From assembly GCF_009914755.1 (NCBI RefSeq), contig NC_060925.1: 64,000 nucleotides of DNA; one strand, written 5' to 3'. Origin of the DNA: the human T2T-CHM13v2.0 reference genome, Homo sapiens. Shown one piece after another: positions 35,735 through 51,872 of this stretch (position 1 is the first letter of the stretch; the number at the start of each line of letters is the position of its first letter). Below the pieces are notes generated by a model. It made no database searches and was not told the DNA's origin. It was given only the letters and a program-made list of their open reading frames with translations. The position numbers were made by a program, and so were the translations under genes.

Positions 35735-36055
35735 TCTTTTTTCTTCTTCCTTCTTTCCTTCCCTTCCTTCTTCCTTTCTCTTCCCTCCCTTCTTCCCTTC
35801 CATTCCTTCTTCTTTTCCCTTCCCTTTCTTCTTCCCTTCCTTCTTCCTTTCCCTTTCCTTTCTTCTTCCCTTCCTTCTTCCTTTCCCTTCCTTTCCTTCT
35901 TTCCTTCCCTTCCCTTCCATCTTCCCTTCCCCTCCTTCACTTCCTTTTTCCTTTCCCTTCCCTTCCTCCTTCCCTTCCCTTCCCTTTTTCTTTCCCTTCC
36001 TTCTTTGTTTCCCTTTCCTTTTTCCTTCCCTTTCCCTTTCCTTTCCTTTCTTTTT
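35735..36055. repeat. About 320-bp polypyrimidine (TTCC/TTCCC) tract
   Basis: Almost exclusively C/T. Confidence 0.95.
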
Positions 36056-36983
36056 GTGTTTCTATAATCATGGCCATCCTAACAGGCATGGGGTGATACT
36101 TCATTGTGGTTTTGATTTGCATTTCTCTGACATTTGTGATATTGAGCATCTTTTCATATACCTGCTTGTCATTTGTATGTTTTCCTTACAGAAAGGTCTA
36201 TTTAGGTCCTTTCCTTTATGTATTTTAAAAATTGGTTTATTTGCTTTTGCTATTGAGTTGTAGGAATTCCTTGTATATTTTAGATATCAATCTCTTTTCA
36301 GATAGATGGTTTGCATGTATTTTCTCCCACTGCACAGGTTACCTTTTCACTCTGTTGATGCTTTCCTTTGCTATTCAGAAGGTTTTTCGTTTGATATAAT
36401 CTCACTTGTCTATTTTTGCTTTTGTTGGCATATCCAAGAAATCATTGCCAAGACCAATGTTTTGAAACTTTCCCCCTATGTTTTCTTCTAGGAGGTTTGT
36501 AGTTTCAGGTCTACATTTAAGTCCTTTAATCCATTTTGAGTTGAGGTTTATGTATGCGTAAGATAAGGATCCAATGCTTCTTTTGCATGTGGGTATCTAG
36601 TTTTCCTAGCACCACTTTGTGAGACAATCCTTTCCCCACTGTGTTGTCTTGGCACCCTTGCTGAAGATCATTTCTCTGTGTATATGTGGGTTTACTTCTG
36701 ATCTCTCTATTCTGCTCCACTGGTCTGTGTGTCTGTCTTTATGCCAATGTCATACTGTTTTGATTACAGTAGCTTTGTAAGATGTTTCGAGATCAGAAAG
36801 TGTGAAAATTCTAGCTTTGTTCTTTTTTCTTCAGATTGTTTTGGCTATTCAGGGTCCTTTGTGGTTGGTTCCATGTGAATTTTAGGACTGTTTTTTTCTA
36901 TTCTTCAAAAAATGCCATTGGGAATTTGCTAGGAATTTCATTAAATCTATGACTCACTTCAGGTACTATGGACATTTTAACAA

Positions 36984-37131
36984 TATTAAGTCTTGTAATC
37001 CATGTACATAGGATGTTGAATTTTCATATATGGACTTTATTATGTTGACTTTTTATATATGGACTTTATTAAGTCTTGTAATCCATGTACATAGGATGTT
37101 GACTTTTCATATATGGACTTTATTATGTTGA
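36984..37131. repeat. Complex local duplication A-B-B-A-B inside L1MA
   Basis: 29-bp B units at 37013, 37042, 37096; A units at 36984 and about 37067. Confidence 0.9.
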
Positions 37132-37896
37132 GGCAATTTCCTTTTTTTCCTGGTTTCTTGCAGTTCTTATAATGAAAGGATGTTGAATTCAGTCAAATGC
37201 TTTTTTTTTTTTTTTACATATTTTGAGATGATCATATTATTTTTATCTTTCAGTCTTTTAATGTGATGTACCACATTGATTGACTTTTGTATATTGAACC
37301 ATCTTTGCATCTCTGGGATAAATCCCACTTGACCATAATATATTATCTTTTTAATGTCCTTTTGATTCAGTTTTGTATTTTGTTGAAAATTTGTGTATCT
37401 GTATTCATCAGGGATATTGGGCTGTATGTAGTTTTCTTTTCTTGTAGTGTCTTTGACTTTGTTATCACTATAATGCTAGCCTCAAAAAACAAGTTTGGAA
37501 GTGTTCCCTTCTCTTCATTTTTTAAGGAGAGTTTGAGAAGGATTGGCATTAATTCTTTAAATATTTGGTAGAGTTCTCCAGTGAAACCACCTTGTCTTAG
37601 ACTTTTCTTTTTGGGAGATTTTTGGTTACTGATTCAATCCCATTTCTAGTAAAAGATCTGTTCAGATTTTCTGTTTCATCATGATTCAGTCTTGGTAGTT
37701 TGTATATCTCTAGGAATTTATCCATTTCTTCTAGGTTATCTAATTTGTTGGTATATAATTGTTCACTGTGGTCTTTTATTAATACTTTTTATTCTGTGGC
37801 ATCAGTTGTAATGCCCCCTCTTTTATTTCTGATTTTATTTATTTGGACCTTTTCTCCTTTTTTCTTAGTTAGTCTGCCTAAGAGTTTGTCAATTTT

Positions 37897-38044
37897 TGCC
37901 AGGTACAGTGGTGTGTGCCTGTAGTTCCAGCTATTTGGGATGCTGAAGCAGAAGGATCACTTGAGCTCAGAAGTTCAAGACCAGCCTAGGCAACATAGCA
38001 AGACCCGCCCCCTTCATCTCTTTAAAAAACAAACAAACAAAAAA
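37897..38044 (+). mobile_element. FLAM-like Alu monomer
   Basis: Monomer with A-rich tail. Confidence 0.8.
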
Positions 38045-38694
38045 CAGATCATTAATTTTGTTTTTCTTTTAAAAAAATCAAGTCTTGGTTTGGTTGTTTC
38101 TTTTTTCTATTGTTTTTATATTTTCTATTTCATTTCTTTCAATTATAATCTTTATTATAATTTCCTTCCATCTGCTAACTTTGGCTTAGTTTGTTTTTTT
38201 CTTTTTCTAGTTTCTTCAGTTATAAAGTTGGGTTGTTTATTTGAGATCTTTATTCTTTTTTAACATAGGTGTTTACTACTATAAACTTCTCTCCTAGTAT
38301 TGTTTTTGCTACAGCTCACAGGTTTTGGTGTGTTGTATTTTCATTTTTGTTTGTCTCAAGGTATTTTCTAAATTCCCCAGTGATTGTTTTCTTTGACTCA
38401 GTGGTTAAGAGTGAATTGTTTCGTTTTCACATATTTGTGAATTTTCCAGGTTTTCTTCTGCTATTGATTTTCAGTTTCATTCCATTGTGGTTGAAAAAAA
38501 TGTGGTATGATTTTAAACTTCTTAAATCTGTTAAGTCTTGTTTTGTGCCTTAACATGTGACGTATCCTGGAGAATGTTCTGTGTGTACTTGAAACGAATG
38601 TGTATTCTGCTGCTTTTGGGTGAAATGTTTTATAAATGTCTGTTGGGTCCCTCGATCTGTAGTGTTCTTCAAGTCCTCTGTTTTTTTTTTATTA

Positions 38695-39073
<379 letters not shown>

Positions 39074-39851
39074 AGTGGGATATTGAAATCTCCTACTATT
39101 GTTGTGTTGCTTCCTATTTCTCTTTTCAATTCTGTCCATGTTTTATATCTTTGGGTCTCTGATGTTGGCTACATGCATATTTATAATTGTTGTATCTTCC
39201 TGGTAAATTCACTCTTTTATCATTAAATAATGTTGTTTCTGGTTTCTTGTGGCAGTTTTTGTCTTAAAGTCTATTTTGTGTGATATAAGTATGGTCATCC
39301 CTGCTGTCTTTTGGTTACCATTTACGTAGACTACCTCTCTTTACCCTTTCATTTTCAGCCTATGTGTGTTTTTAAATCCAAAATGAGTCCCTTGTAGACA
39401 GCATATAGCTGAAGCTTGTTTTTAAAATCCATTTAGCTACTGTATGTCTTCTGATTGAGGGATTTAATTCACTTACATGAAAAGTCATTACTGATAGGCA
39501 AGGACTTACTATTGCCATTTTGCTCATTGTTTTTATCTACCTTGTAGCTCTTTTGTCCCTCTCACTGTCTTCCTTTTTGTTTCCCTCATTTTTCTTCTAG
39601 CAATGTTCTTTGATTACTTTTTCATTTTCTGTTGTGTATCGCCTATAGATATTTTCTTTGTGGTTAACATGGGGATTACATAAAACATTTTATAGTTATA
39701 TTAATCTGTTCTAAGCTGACAACAACTTCAGTCACATACAAAATCTATATGCTTTTCTGCACACTTTGTTATTGATGTCACAAATTCATGTTTTTATGTT
39801 GTGTATCCATTAACATATTTTACATAATTATTTTTTATACTTTTGTCTTTT

Positions 39852-41256
39852 TTTAATTATACTTTAAGTTCTGGGATACATGTGCAGAACCTGCAGGTTT
39901 GTTTCATAGGTATACACATGCCATGGTGGTTTGCTGCACCCATCGATCCATCATCTACATTAGGTATTTATCCTAATGCTATCCCTCCCCTAGCCCCCCA
40001 CCCCACAACAGGCCCCGGTGTGTGATGTTCCCCTCCCTGTGTCCATATATCCTCATTATTCAACTCCCACTTATGAGTGAGAACATGCGGTGTTTGGTTT
40101 TCTGTTCTTGTGTTAGTTTGCTGAGAATGATGGTTTCCAGCTTCATCCATGTCCCTGCAAAGGACATGACATGAATGCACCTTTTTTTATGGCTGCATAG
40201 TATTCCATGGTGTATATGTGCCACATTTTCTTTATCCAGTCTATCATTGTTGGGCATTTGGGTTGGTTCCAAGTCTTTGCTATTGTGAACAGTGCCGCAA
40301 TAAACATATGTGTGCATGTGTCTTTATAGTAGAATGATTTATAATCCTTTGGGTATATACCCAGTAAGGGGATTGCTGGGTCAGATGATATTTCTGGTTC
40401 TAGATCCTTGAGGAATCTTTATAGTAGAATGATTTATGATCCTTTGGGTATATACCCAGTAAGGGGATTGCTGGGTCAGATGATATTTCTGGTTCTAGAT
40501 CCTTGAGGAATTGCCACACTGTCTTCCAAAATGGTTGAACTAATTTACACTCCCACCAACAGTGTAAAAGCATTCCTATTTCTTCACATCCTCTCCAGCA
40601 TCTATTGTTTCCTGACTTTTTAATGATCGCCATTCTAACTGGCGTGAGATGGTATCTCATTGTAGTTTTGGTTTGCATTTCTCTAATGACCTGACCAGTG
40701 ATGATGAGCTTTTTTTCATATGTTTGTTGGCCACATAAATGTCTTCTTTTGAGAAGTGTCTGTTTATATCCTTTGCCCACTTTTTGATGGAGTTGTTTTT
40801 TTCTTCTTGTAAATTTGTTTAAATTCATTGTAGATTCTGGATATTAGTCCTTTGTCAGATAGATACAGTGCAAAAATTGTCTCCCATTCTGTAGGTTGCC
40901 TTTTCACTCTGATGATAGTTTCTTTTGCTGTGCAGAAGCTCTTTAGTTTAATTCGATCCCATTTGTCAATTTTGGCTTTTGATGCCATTGCTTTGGTGTT
41001 TTAGTCATGAAGTCCTTGCCCATGCCTAGGTCCTGAATGGTATTGCCTAGGTTTTCTTCTAGGGATTTTATGGTTTTAGGTCTTACGTTTAAGTCTTTAA
41101 TCCATCTTGAGATAATTTTTGTATAAGATGTAAGGAAGGGGTCCAGTTTCAATTTTCTGCATCTGGCTAGCCAGTTTTCCCAACACCATTTATTAAATAG
41201 GGAATCCTTTCCCCATTGCTTGTTTTTGTCAGGTTTCTCAAAAGATCAGATGGTTG
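39852..41256 (-). mobile_element. 5'-truncated L1PA (L1PA7/8-like) nested in L1MA
   Basis: ORF2p C-terminal peptides incl. [18 protein letters not shown]; TSD TATACTTTTGTCTTTT at 39836 and 41257. Confidence 0.9.
40321..40510. repeat. 95-bp tandem duplication inside L1PA
   Basis: Copies 40321-40415 and 40416-40510, one mismatch. Confidence 0.95.
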
Positions 41257-41677
41257 TATACTTTTGTCTTTTAATCTGTATACCAGAATTAAAAGTGATT
41301 TAAACACTACTGTTACAGTATTATAGTATTCTGTATTTGTCTATATGTTTACCTTTGGTAGTGAACTTTATACTTTTATATGCTTTCATTTTCCTATCTA
41401 GCATCCTTTCATTTCATCTTGAAAGACTCCCTTTAGTAATTCTTGTAAAGTCAGTCTAGTAGCAAGGAACTCCTCTGCTTTTGGTTATTTGGGAAAGTCT
41501 TTATTCTTGGAAAGTATCCTTCGTTGACAGGTTTTTATTCTTTCAGCACTTTGAATGTATTGTCTCACTTGCTTCTTGCATGCAAGGTTTATGCTGTGAA
41601 GTCCACTGATAGCCTTTTAGGGGTTCTATTGTATGGGAAAATTTGCTTCTCTTTTGTTGCTTTAAAAATTCTCCCTG

Positions 41678-41975
<298 letters not shown>

Positions 41976-42493
41976 CTAGAACTTTGAATACATGCTCCAA
42001 CTCTTTTCCTCCCCAGGGAGAAGTAAGGAGTTAGGGGTTTTCTCCTGTTTATTTTGTGCTGAGCTAGAGGGCATGGACTATGACAAATAAGTACATGCTG
42101 ATCTAAACCATTTCCTTTATTCTCAGCATCCCTTGACCTGGCGCCCTTTCCTATTCTAAACCATCCCTTGGGCAGTCCCCTTGAAAAGCCTGGACATTGG
42201 ACTATGATCCAGTCTACTCTTCCCCGCTCCCGGGAGAAGCGAGGAGCTGGCAGTTTCCTCTTGCTTACACTGTGCTGACCTGGGGGAGGGACTATGGTGA
42301 ATGGATGCCATGAATTTCCCTGCCAGCTTTGATCATCTGGTTTTGCAGCAGCCTGAGATGCAGGAGCCTCTTAACTGGTTTCCGTATTTCTCACAAAGGG
42401 AAGTAGTCTATGTATTTTTGTTGAATTGCTGTCTCTGTAGGGACAAAGAGGGTCTTGCAGTTCCTATTTTGCCATGTTGCCGAAGTCACTTCC

Positions 42494-42882
42494 TGGAATG
42501 AAGGTCTTTACAGATGTAATTAAGGTAAGGATCTTGAGATGAGATCTTCTTAGATTAGGGTGGAACCTGATTTCAATGATAAGTGTCATGAGAGACAGAA
42601 ATGGAGGAGACACAAACACAGAGGAGAAGGCCATGCAAAGGTAGAGGCAGAGACTGGAATACTATGTTTATAGGCCAAGGAATGCCAAAGATTGTTGGCC
42701 ACCAGCAGACACTAGGAGAGAGGTGTGGAATGGATCCTCTCTTAGGCTCTCCAGAAGGAACTCACTTTGCTGACACCTTTGATTTTGGACTTTTGGCCTC
42801 TAGAAGTATGAGAGAATGAATTTCTGTTACTCTAAGCCAGCAGGCTTGTGGTAATTTGTTACAGCAGCCCCAGGGACATGGG
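42494..42882 (+). mobile_element. MLT1 (MLT1C-like) LTR, 3' part
   Basis: ggtctttacagatgtaattaagg...gtaatttgttacagcagcc; continues the 34542 fragment. Confidence 0.8.
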
Positions 42883-43088
42883 AAGTGAGTTTGGGAGTTT
42901 TACTACAAAAATCTAGGAGGAGGATTTTAGACCTTTATTGGTCAATAGCCTTATCTATGTCTTCACTCTCTGTGAGCCCACCTGTATCTACGGCTGTTAT
43001 CCACATAGGTGTTTTGACTAGGGATTTCTGTTCAGTGAGGTCCAAACTGCCTTCCTCAGTGCCCTGGGGCTTCCTGAAGGTGCTCTTG

Positions 43089-43102
43089 GTGCCCCCTGCA
43101 GG
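43089..43102 (-). promoter_or_regulatory. Candidate CTCF motif
   Basis: Minus strand CCTGCAGGGGGCAC versus core CCASYAGRKGGCRS (13/14). Confidence 0.4.
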
Positions 43103-44900
43103 TGCCCTGTGGGCTGCTTTGTGGGGAGTGTGCGAGGTGAAGGCTGAGCCTGTGTGGCTCCAGACCCCTGGCCTCATTAACCAAAACAAGTTTTAGATAA
43201 GTTATTTTTAGGGGGATTAATATAGGATTTTGTTTGAAAACAAACAAACAAAAACCACTTAAAAAAAAAGTAAAAGAAACGTCCTAAAAGCTACAGGTTG
43301 CATTCTTGCCTTCTTTCTCTTCTAACGTGATTCTTTGTGCAGCCATTTTCTGCCAATGCTCTTCTTGGGTGCAGCAGTGTCTGCAGTCATGGTGACTGGG
43401 AAGTGGGAAGGGGGCTTGGAGTAGAACTGCAGGGAGGATGGGGGTTGGAAGAACCCCTGGTGCATCAGGTAAAACCACAAGGAGGTATGCTGCCCTCATT
43501 CTTATCCCTGAATATCTATTGTAGCTTCTTGTCCCCTTTCATGGTCAACATCTTGCAAATAATTTCGTCATAGGCTGGTATCTCAATTTCACTGACGGCT
43601 CATGGCAAAGCATGGAGGGAAAAAATTAGGAAGGGGTGGGGTGAAGTTATTAAATACTGGGAGTGAGTAAAAGTGGGCAGGCAGGAAAATTATTCTAAAA
43701 GGGTTAGGGGAAAGGGAGGTGGCATAATAACAAAAGGAAGAACTGTACCTGCATTAGAGTGCTATAATTTTCCCCAAGTATTGCCATAGAAATCGCACTT
43801 CAGACTCTACACCATGCATCAATTTGAGGAGAACAATTTACCTGTATTGTTTCCCATGTGTCATCAGCGTCCTCTTTCTCCTGTTTCAGTCAGCAGGACT
43901 CATTTCATCCATTTTCATCTGGTACTGTTGACTATTCATTTCTTTGCACTGATTTTGCTGCCAAAGTCCCCTTTTCAAGTCATGGACATTATTAAGTATA
44001 CCCTTTATTTTACATCACTTGCCATTTTCAGAACTCCTTTATTTCATTACTTTGCATTCAGAATTTCCGGCCTAAATCGATAGCCTTGACATAAAGGCAG
44101 GTCTCTGCTTTCTCTTTTGGGCATGAACAGTTCCTTTCCTGAATCAGAAATTTATTTTTCTTTCTAGAAGTCTAGTGTGGGGAATAGTCAGCATGCTTAC
44201 TAAGTCTTAATTTGTTAGAAGGAAAGATGAAGATAAATATTGGTGATGGGGGTTCCCTAGAAAATAAATTCTACCTACTCCTACCCTCACACGTTTACAC
44301 TCTGCTTTTGATGCATCTCTTGTATTCTGCTTTTCCTCTCTAAAGAAGGGAAACTTCTTCCTGGGACCAGTACATTGGGCTCATTAGTTCCAGCCCCAGC
44401 TCTGCCACACGCTTGCTGTTTAGCTTTTAGAAAGTTAGCTCATCTTTCTGTTTTCTGGCCTATGAAATGGAGACTCACTGATCTCTTGGATGGATGAAGT
44501 ACCAAGTAACCACTATGGGACTTGCCCCCATGCAGGAGTAATGAATGAATCAATTTCAAAACAGCTGGACACTAAGCCCACAGCCCAGGCTCTCCTCAGA
44601 TTCATTCTATTTACAGCCCAGCTTTCACACAACGTGTCTGATAGCCAGTTCCTTACGAAGCCTCTGTCATGCTTACGGAGCACGTGACCCTCTTGAAGGA
44701 GATGGGGAAGGATCATGGAATGTTAACCACTGTTCCCATGCATGGAACTGTGCTAAGAAATGTGCTCCCAGGTAGTTTTGGAGCCATATGTGTCTGAAAA
44801 GAACTCATAATTAGCTGAAGTCAAGGGAAGGGGTCTTCTTATCACTCCTTCTGTATTGTTTTAGGCACTCACACTCATCAGCAGACAGAGTGCATTCACT

Positions 44901-45226
44901 TTCTTTTCTTTCCTTTTTTCTTTCTTTTTTTTTTTTTTTTTAGAGAGGAGGTCTTGCTTTGTCACCCCAGGCTGGAGTGCAGTGGTGCAATTATAGCTCA
45001 CTAATGCCTTAAATTCCTGGGCTCAAGCAATCCTCCAGCTTCAGTTTGCTGAGTAGCTGGGACTACAGACATGCACTATCACACGGGGCTAATTTTGTAA
45101 ATTTTTTGTAGAGATGCGGTTTTGCCATCTTGCCCAAGCTGGTCTTCAACTCCTGGGCTCAAGTGATCCTCCCACCTCAGCCTCCCAAAATACTGGGATT
45201 ACAGGCATGAGTCACCGTGCCCAGAC
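44901..45226 (-). mobile_element. AluJ
   Basis: Full dimer. Confidence 0.9.
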
Positions 45227-45849
45227 TACATTTACTTTCTTGATTGCACTTTGAGGTTTAGGGGCTAATGCCTGATGCTTTTTTTTTATCTGTATGAAGC
45301 AGCGGCCACACAGATCTTCATCAAAAGCTGACTGTTCTCATTTCTCCCCAAGTAATCACTCTTTTTTTTTTTTAGCTTGTGCTAAATCATTTTTTAAAAT
45401 TGTAGCTCTGAGGCATTTTATTATACAAAGTTAGTACTCATATACATAAACTAATAGGAACTTAAAACTCATTATACCTTTGCTTCATTTTTTTTAGCTT
45501 GACTCCCTCGTAAATCTTTAGCTTCATTGATTTGGCTGCTATGTAAGCTTCATTGATTTGGCTGCTTAAATCACTCCGTTGAGTGATTTAAGAGCATAAT
45601 TTAGAAGAATGGTGTGTCCATGTGTGGCTCAGTTTACAGTACCATTTGGAGTTTGATTGCTTCTGTGAGTTGGGTGATCTCTCCTCTTGAGGTCCAGATC
45701 AACCCCAGGAGGAGCCTAGCTGCTGCTCCCCATTGGGCGCCCCATTTCAGCAGAAGTAGCCAGGAGTCGTCACCCAGAACCCCCTAACAGCAGTTAGTGT
45801 GGCATCTCCACAGTGGGGAATGTTGTAGGAGTTATTAAGAAATTATTTT

Positions 45850-46168
<319 letters not shown>

Positions 46169-46221
46169 TTATTTTAGGCAGATAAAGAGGAAAAGGGGTC
46201 CTTGGGAAGTTTTCGTTTTTT

Positions 46222-47971
<1,750 letters not shown>

Positions 47972-48562
47972 TAAAGCATCTCCGGAAAAGTTTCTCGTAA
48001 AGCCCAGTCTCTTAGAGCCAGGTGGCAACCTTTGATATGCAAATGGAAGCCGTTAGAAACTGGGTCCACCCAAACATGGCGATTCCCACACTTTCTTGGC
48101 CTTTCCCCACCTGTTCCTAGCAACATGGCCGCCCCCACGTATCCCCAAGTGTGTAGAACATCATGTGTCCTGCATTTGCATATTAGAAGGCTAGGGTGGG
48201 AGGGCCAGCTTTTTCCAGGGCTACATCAATGACATGCCCAATCAAACCAATCCCCTAAGCCCTATGCAAATCAGACATCGCCTCCTCCAGCCTCTGTATA
48301 CCTAGCTGGTATCTGGGGCAGGTGGGTTTCCCTGTCTCCGCTTTGGAGCCCCCGCTCCCTCTGTCTCTATACAGGGGAGCTTCTTCCTTCTCCCTTCTTG
48401 CCCCTTCTTGCCTATTAAACTCTCCGCTCCTTTAAAAAAAAAGAAAAAGAGCATAATTTGTCTGTGAGCAGCAATTATTTTCCCTTATTGGCAGTCGGGC
48501 ATACATGGAGTATTAATGCTGCTTCCCATTTTGTCATTTTGGGTTCAAACCCACCTCTGTAG

Positions 48563-48676
48563 TAGCCACCACCGAAGGCAGATTTTGGTAGACTTTGAAA
48601 AACTTGTTCTGCTTGAGGCTCCATGTGCTTCATGGCTTGCAACACCTAATGGCCTGCAAATTCTACAGCTACAATG
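48563..48676 (+). other. Candidate exon ending at ATG|GTGAGT donor
   Basis: Consensus donor 48677-48682; ATG at 48649 gives MACKFYSYN in phase 1; acceptor weak. Confidence 0.25.
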
Positions 48677-48810
48677 GTGAGTCCAGCTGCTACCACCTAC
48701 TAGCCATGGCTCCAGCCTGGCTCCCCCTGCCACCACCTGGAGCATGGACCATCCCAGCCCAGAGGTCACTGTCAAAAACAACACGCCTTTACCGGAGAGC
48801 AACACAGCCA

Positions 48811-48960
48811 CTGACAGCAAGCTCAATCCGCACAAGTCCACCGACAGCAAGCCCAATCTGCCCAAGCCCACCCACCGCGAGCCCAATCTGCCTAAGCCCA
48901 CCCACCGCGAGCCCAATCCGCGCAAGCCCAACCACCTCAAGCCCAATCCGCCCAAGCCCC
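48811..48960. repeat. 30-bp minisatellite, 5 diverged copies
   Basis: Units start at 48811, 48841, 48871, 48901, 48931; 15-bp sub-period; GCCCAATC in four units. Confidence 0.95.
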
Positions 48961-49258
48961 GACTCATCAGTTCTTCACACCCCATATGCTTTCTTTTTAG
49001 AGTGTTGCCCCCTAAACCATTCATGATGAGTACCTTTCACCATCTGTTTTTTTCTTTTTACCCTCTTGGAAAAGAGGAAGGTCACCTGAAGGTCACCACT
49101 GGAAAACCTTGCTGGCTCTGGGGAGTTATTGGTCTGTGACACTGTTCAGACTTGGGCTGTAGGCAGTCTGGTACCTGTGCAGCCTCTCTTTTATTTGTTT
49201 ACTTTTATTGTAAAACCTGTGTGCAAAAAAGTATATGTAGTGTAAAGATAAGGTTTAA

Positions 49259-49602
<344 letters not shown>

Positions 49603-50304
49603 AGCTTGAGAATATGAGCAGCACTTTTGAAGTCCCTACGCAATGCGGCTTCCCTCATCCCTCCTTTCCCTCTCTAGCCCATCAGAGGCAACCACTGTGC
49701 TGAATTTAGTATCAATCAACCCCTTGATATTAATGTAGTTTTTTAACCACATATTAAATATTTAAATAATGTATTGCTTAGTCGTGCTTCCTTTTGAACT
49801 TTTTATCAATGGTATATAGTATGTATTTTTCTCAACATACTGATTTTCTAAATGTTACTTTTAAAAAGGTGTATCTGTGTTGATTTAGCTACAGTAATTT
49901 TAAAATTAGGATTCATATTCCTTATAATTTTATCTCTGGGGAATTTTTGAGGATCTTCTTCCAGAAAGGACTGGGGTTTTATTTCTCCAGATACCTGGAG
50001 TATTATTACCAGCCCAAGGCCTCCTACAAATACATTTTGGGTTTTTTTGAAAACGCAGGTGGTGTAAATTCTGACTCCAGCCCTAAACTCAGGCAGGCAT
50101 TTCTTCATTTCATTTATTGCACCCAGAACAAAGTCTGAGAGGGGCCTGTATCCTCAGTTCATTTCTGTGGGGCAGGTTTTTGTTTGAGTAAACCCACTGA
50201 GTGTGTTGACCTTTGGGGAATCCTAGTTTTTGTAGAGTTCTCTCATTTAGATTCCTATACTTCTAAAAATGTAAAGCAAATACCAATAAAATAGCATACC
50301 AGAT

Positions 50305-51085
<781 letters not shown>

Positions 51086-51275
51086 GGGAAATTGCTTTCC
51101 TTTACCTCTGCTTGCTAGTGCTGTGGATCTGTGCTCACTGAATTCCATTCTCAAACGTTTACATTTCCTGAGGGTTTGATTTATTACTCAAGTATGTTCA
51201 TCTCTACTCCTGAAGTCTCTCAGGTGGGATATTCCAGATGAGATATTTCCTAAAATTGAAAAAAAAAAAAAAAAA

Positions 51276-51660
51276 GGCCAAGTGTGGTAGTGGCTCATGC
51301 CTGTAATCCCAGTACTCTGGGAGGCCGAGGAGGGAGGATCACTTGAGCCCAGGAGTTTGAGACCAGCCTGGTGCCCCACTGTGGGTTGGGTTCAGTCTGC
51401 TCCACGTGCAAGCAACAAAGCAAGACTCCATCACTACCAAAAAATTTTTAAAAATGAAAAATAAAAATTAGCCAGGTGTGGTGGTGCGTAGTTGTAATCC
51501 CAGCTACTTGGGAGGCTGAGGTGGGAGGATTCCTTGAGTCCAGGATTTCAAGGCTGCAGTGAGCTATATGGCACCACTGCACTCCAGCCTGGATGACAGA
51601 GCAAGACCCTCTCTCTAAAAAAAAAAAAAAAAAGGAAAAGAAAAAAGAAAAGAAAAAGAA
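51276..51660 (+). mobile_element. AluJ carrying an approximately 40-bp non-Alu insertion
   Basis: Insert at about 51371-51410 copied from 50761-50795. Confidence 0.9.
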
Positions 51661-51872
51661 CATCAGGAGAATGCCAACTCAAGAGGTTCACTGCTTCCCC
51701 CAGCTTTGCTACTTTGGCAGGGTAGGGCTCCTGAGAACAGGAGTTCCTGTGGGAGAATCATTTCTTACAACTTACTCATCATACGTCAGGATGTCACCTG
51801 GTCTCTGGGGGTACCTGTGGATAACCTGTGGCCGGGATGGGTAGGACAAGGTAAAACAAAACTCAAACTCAG

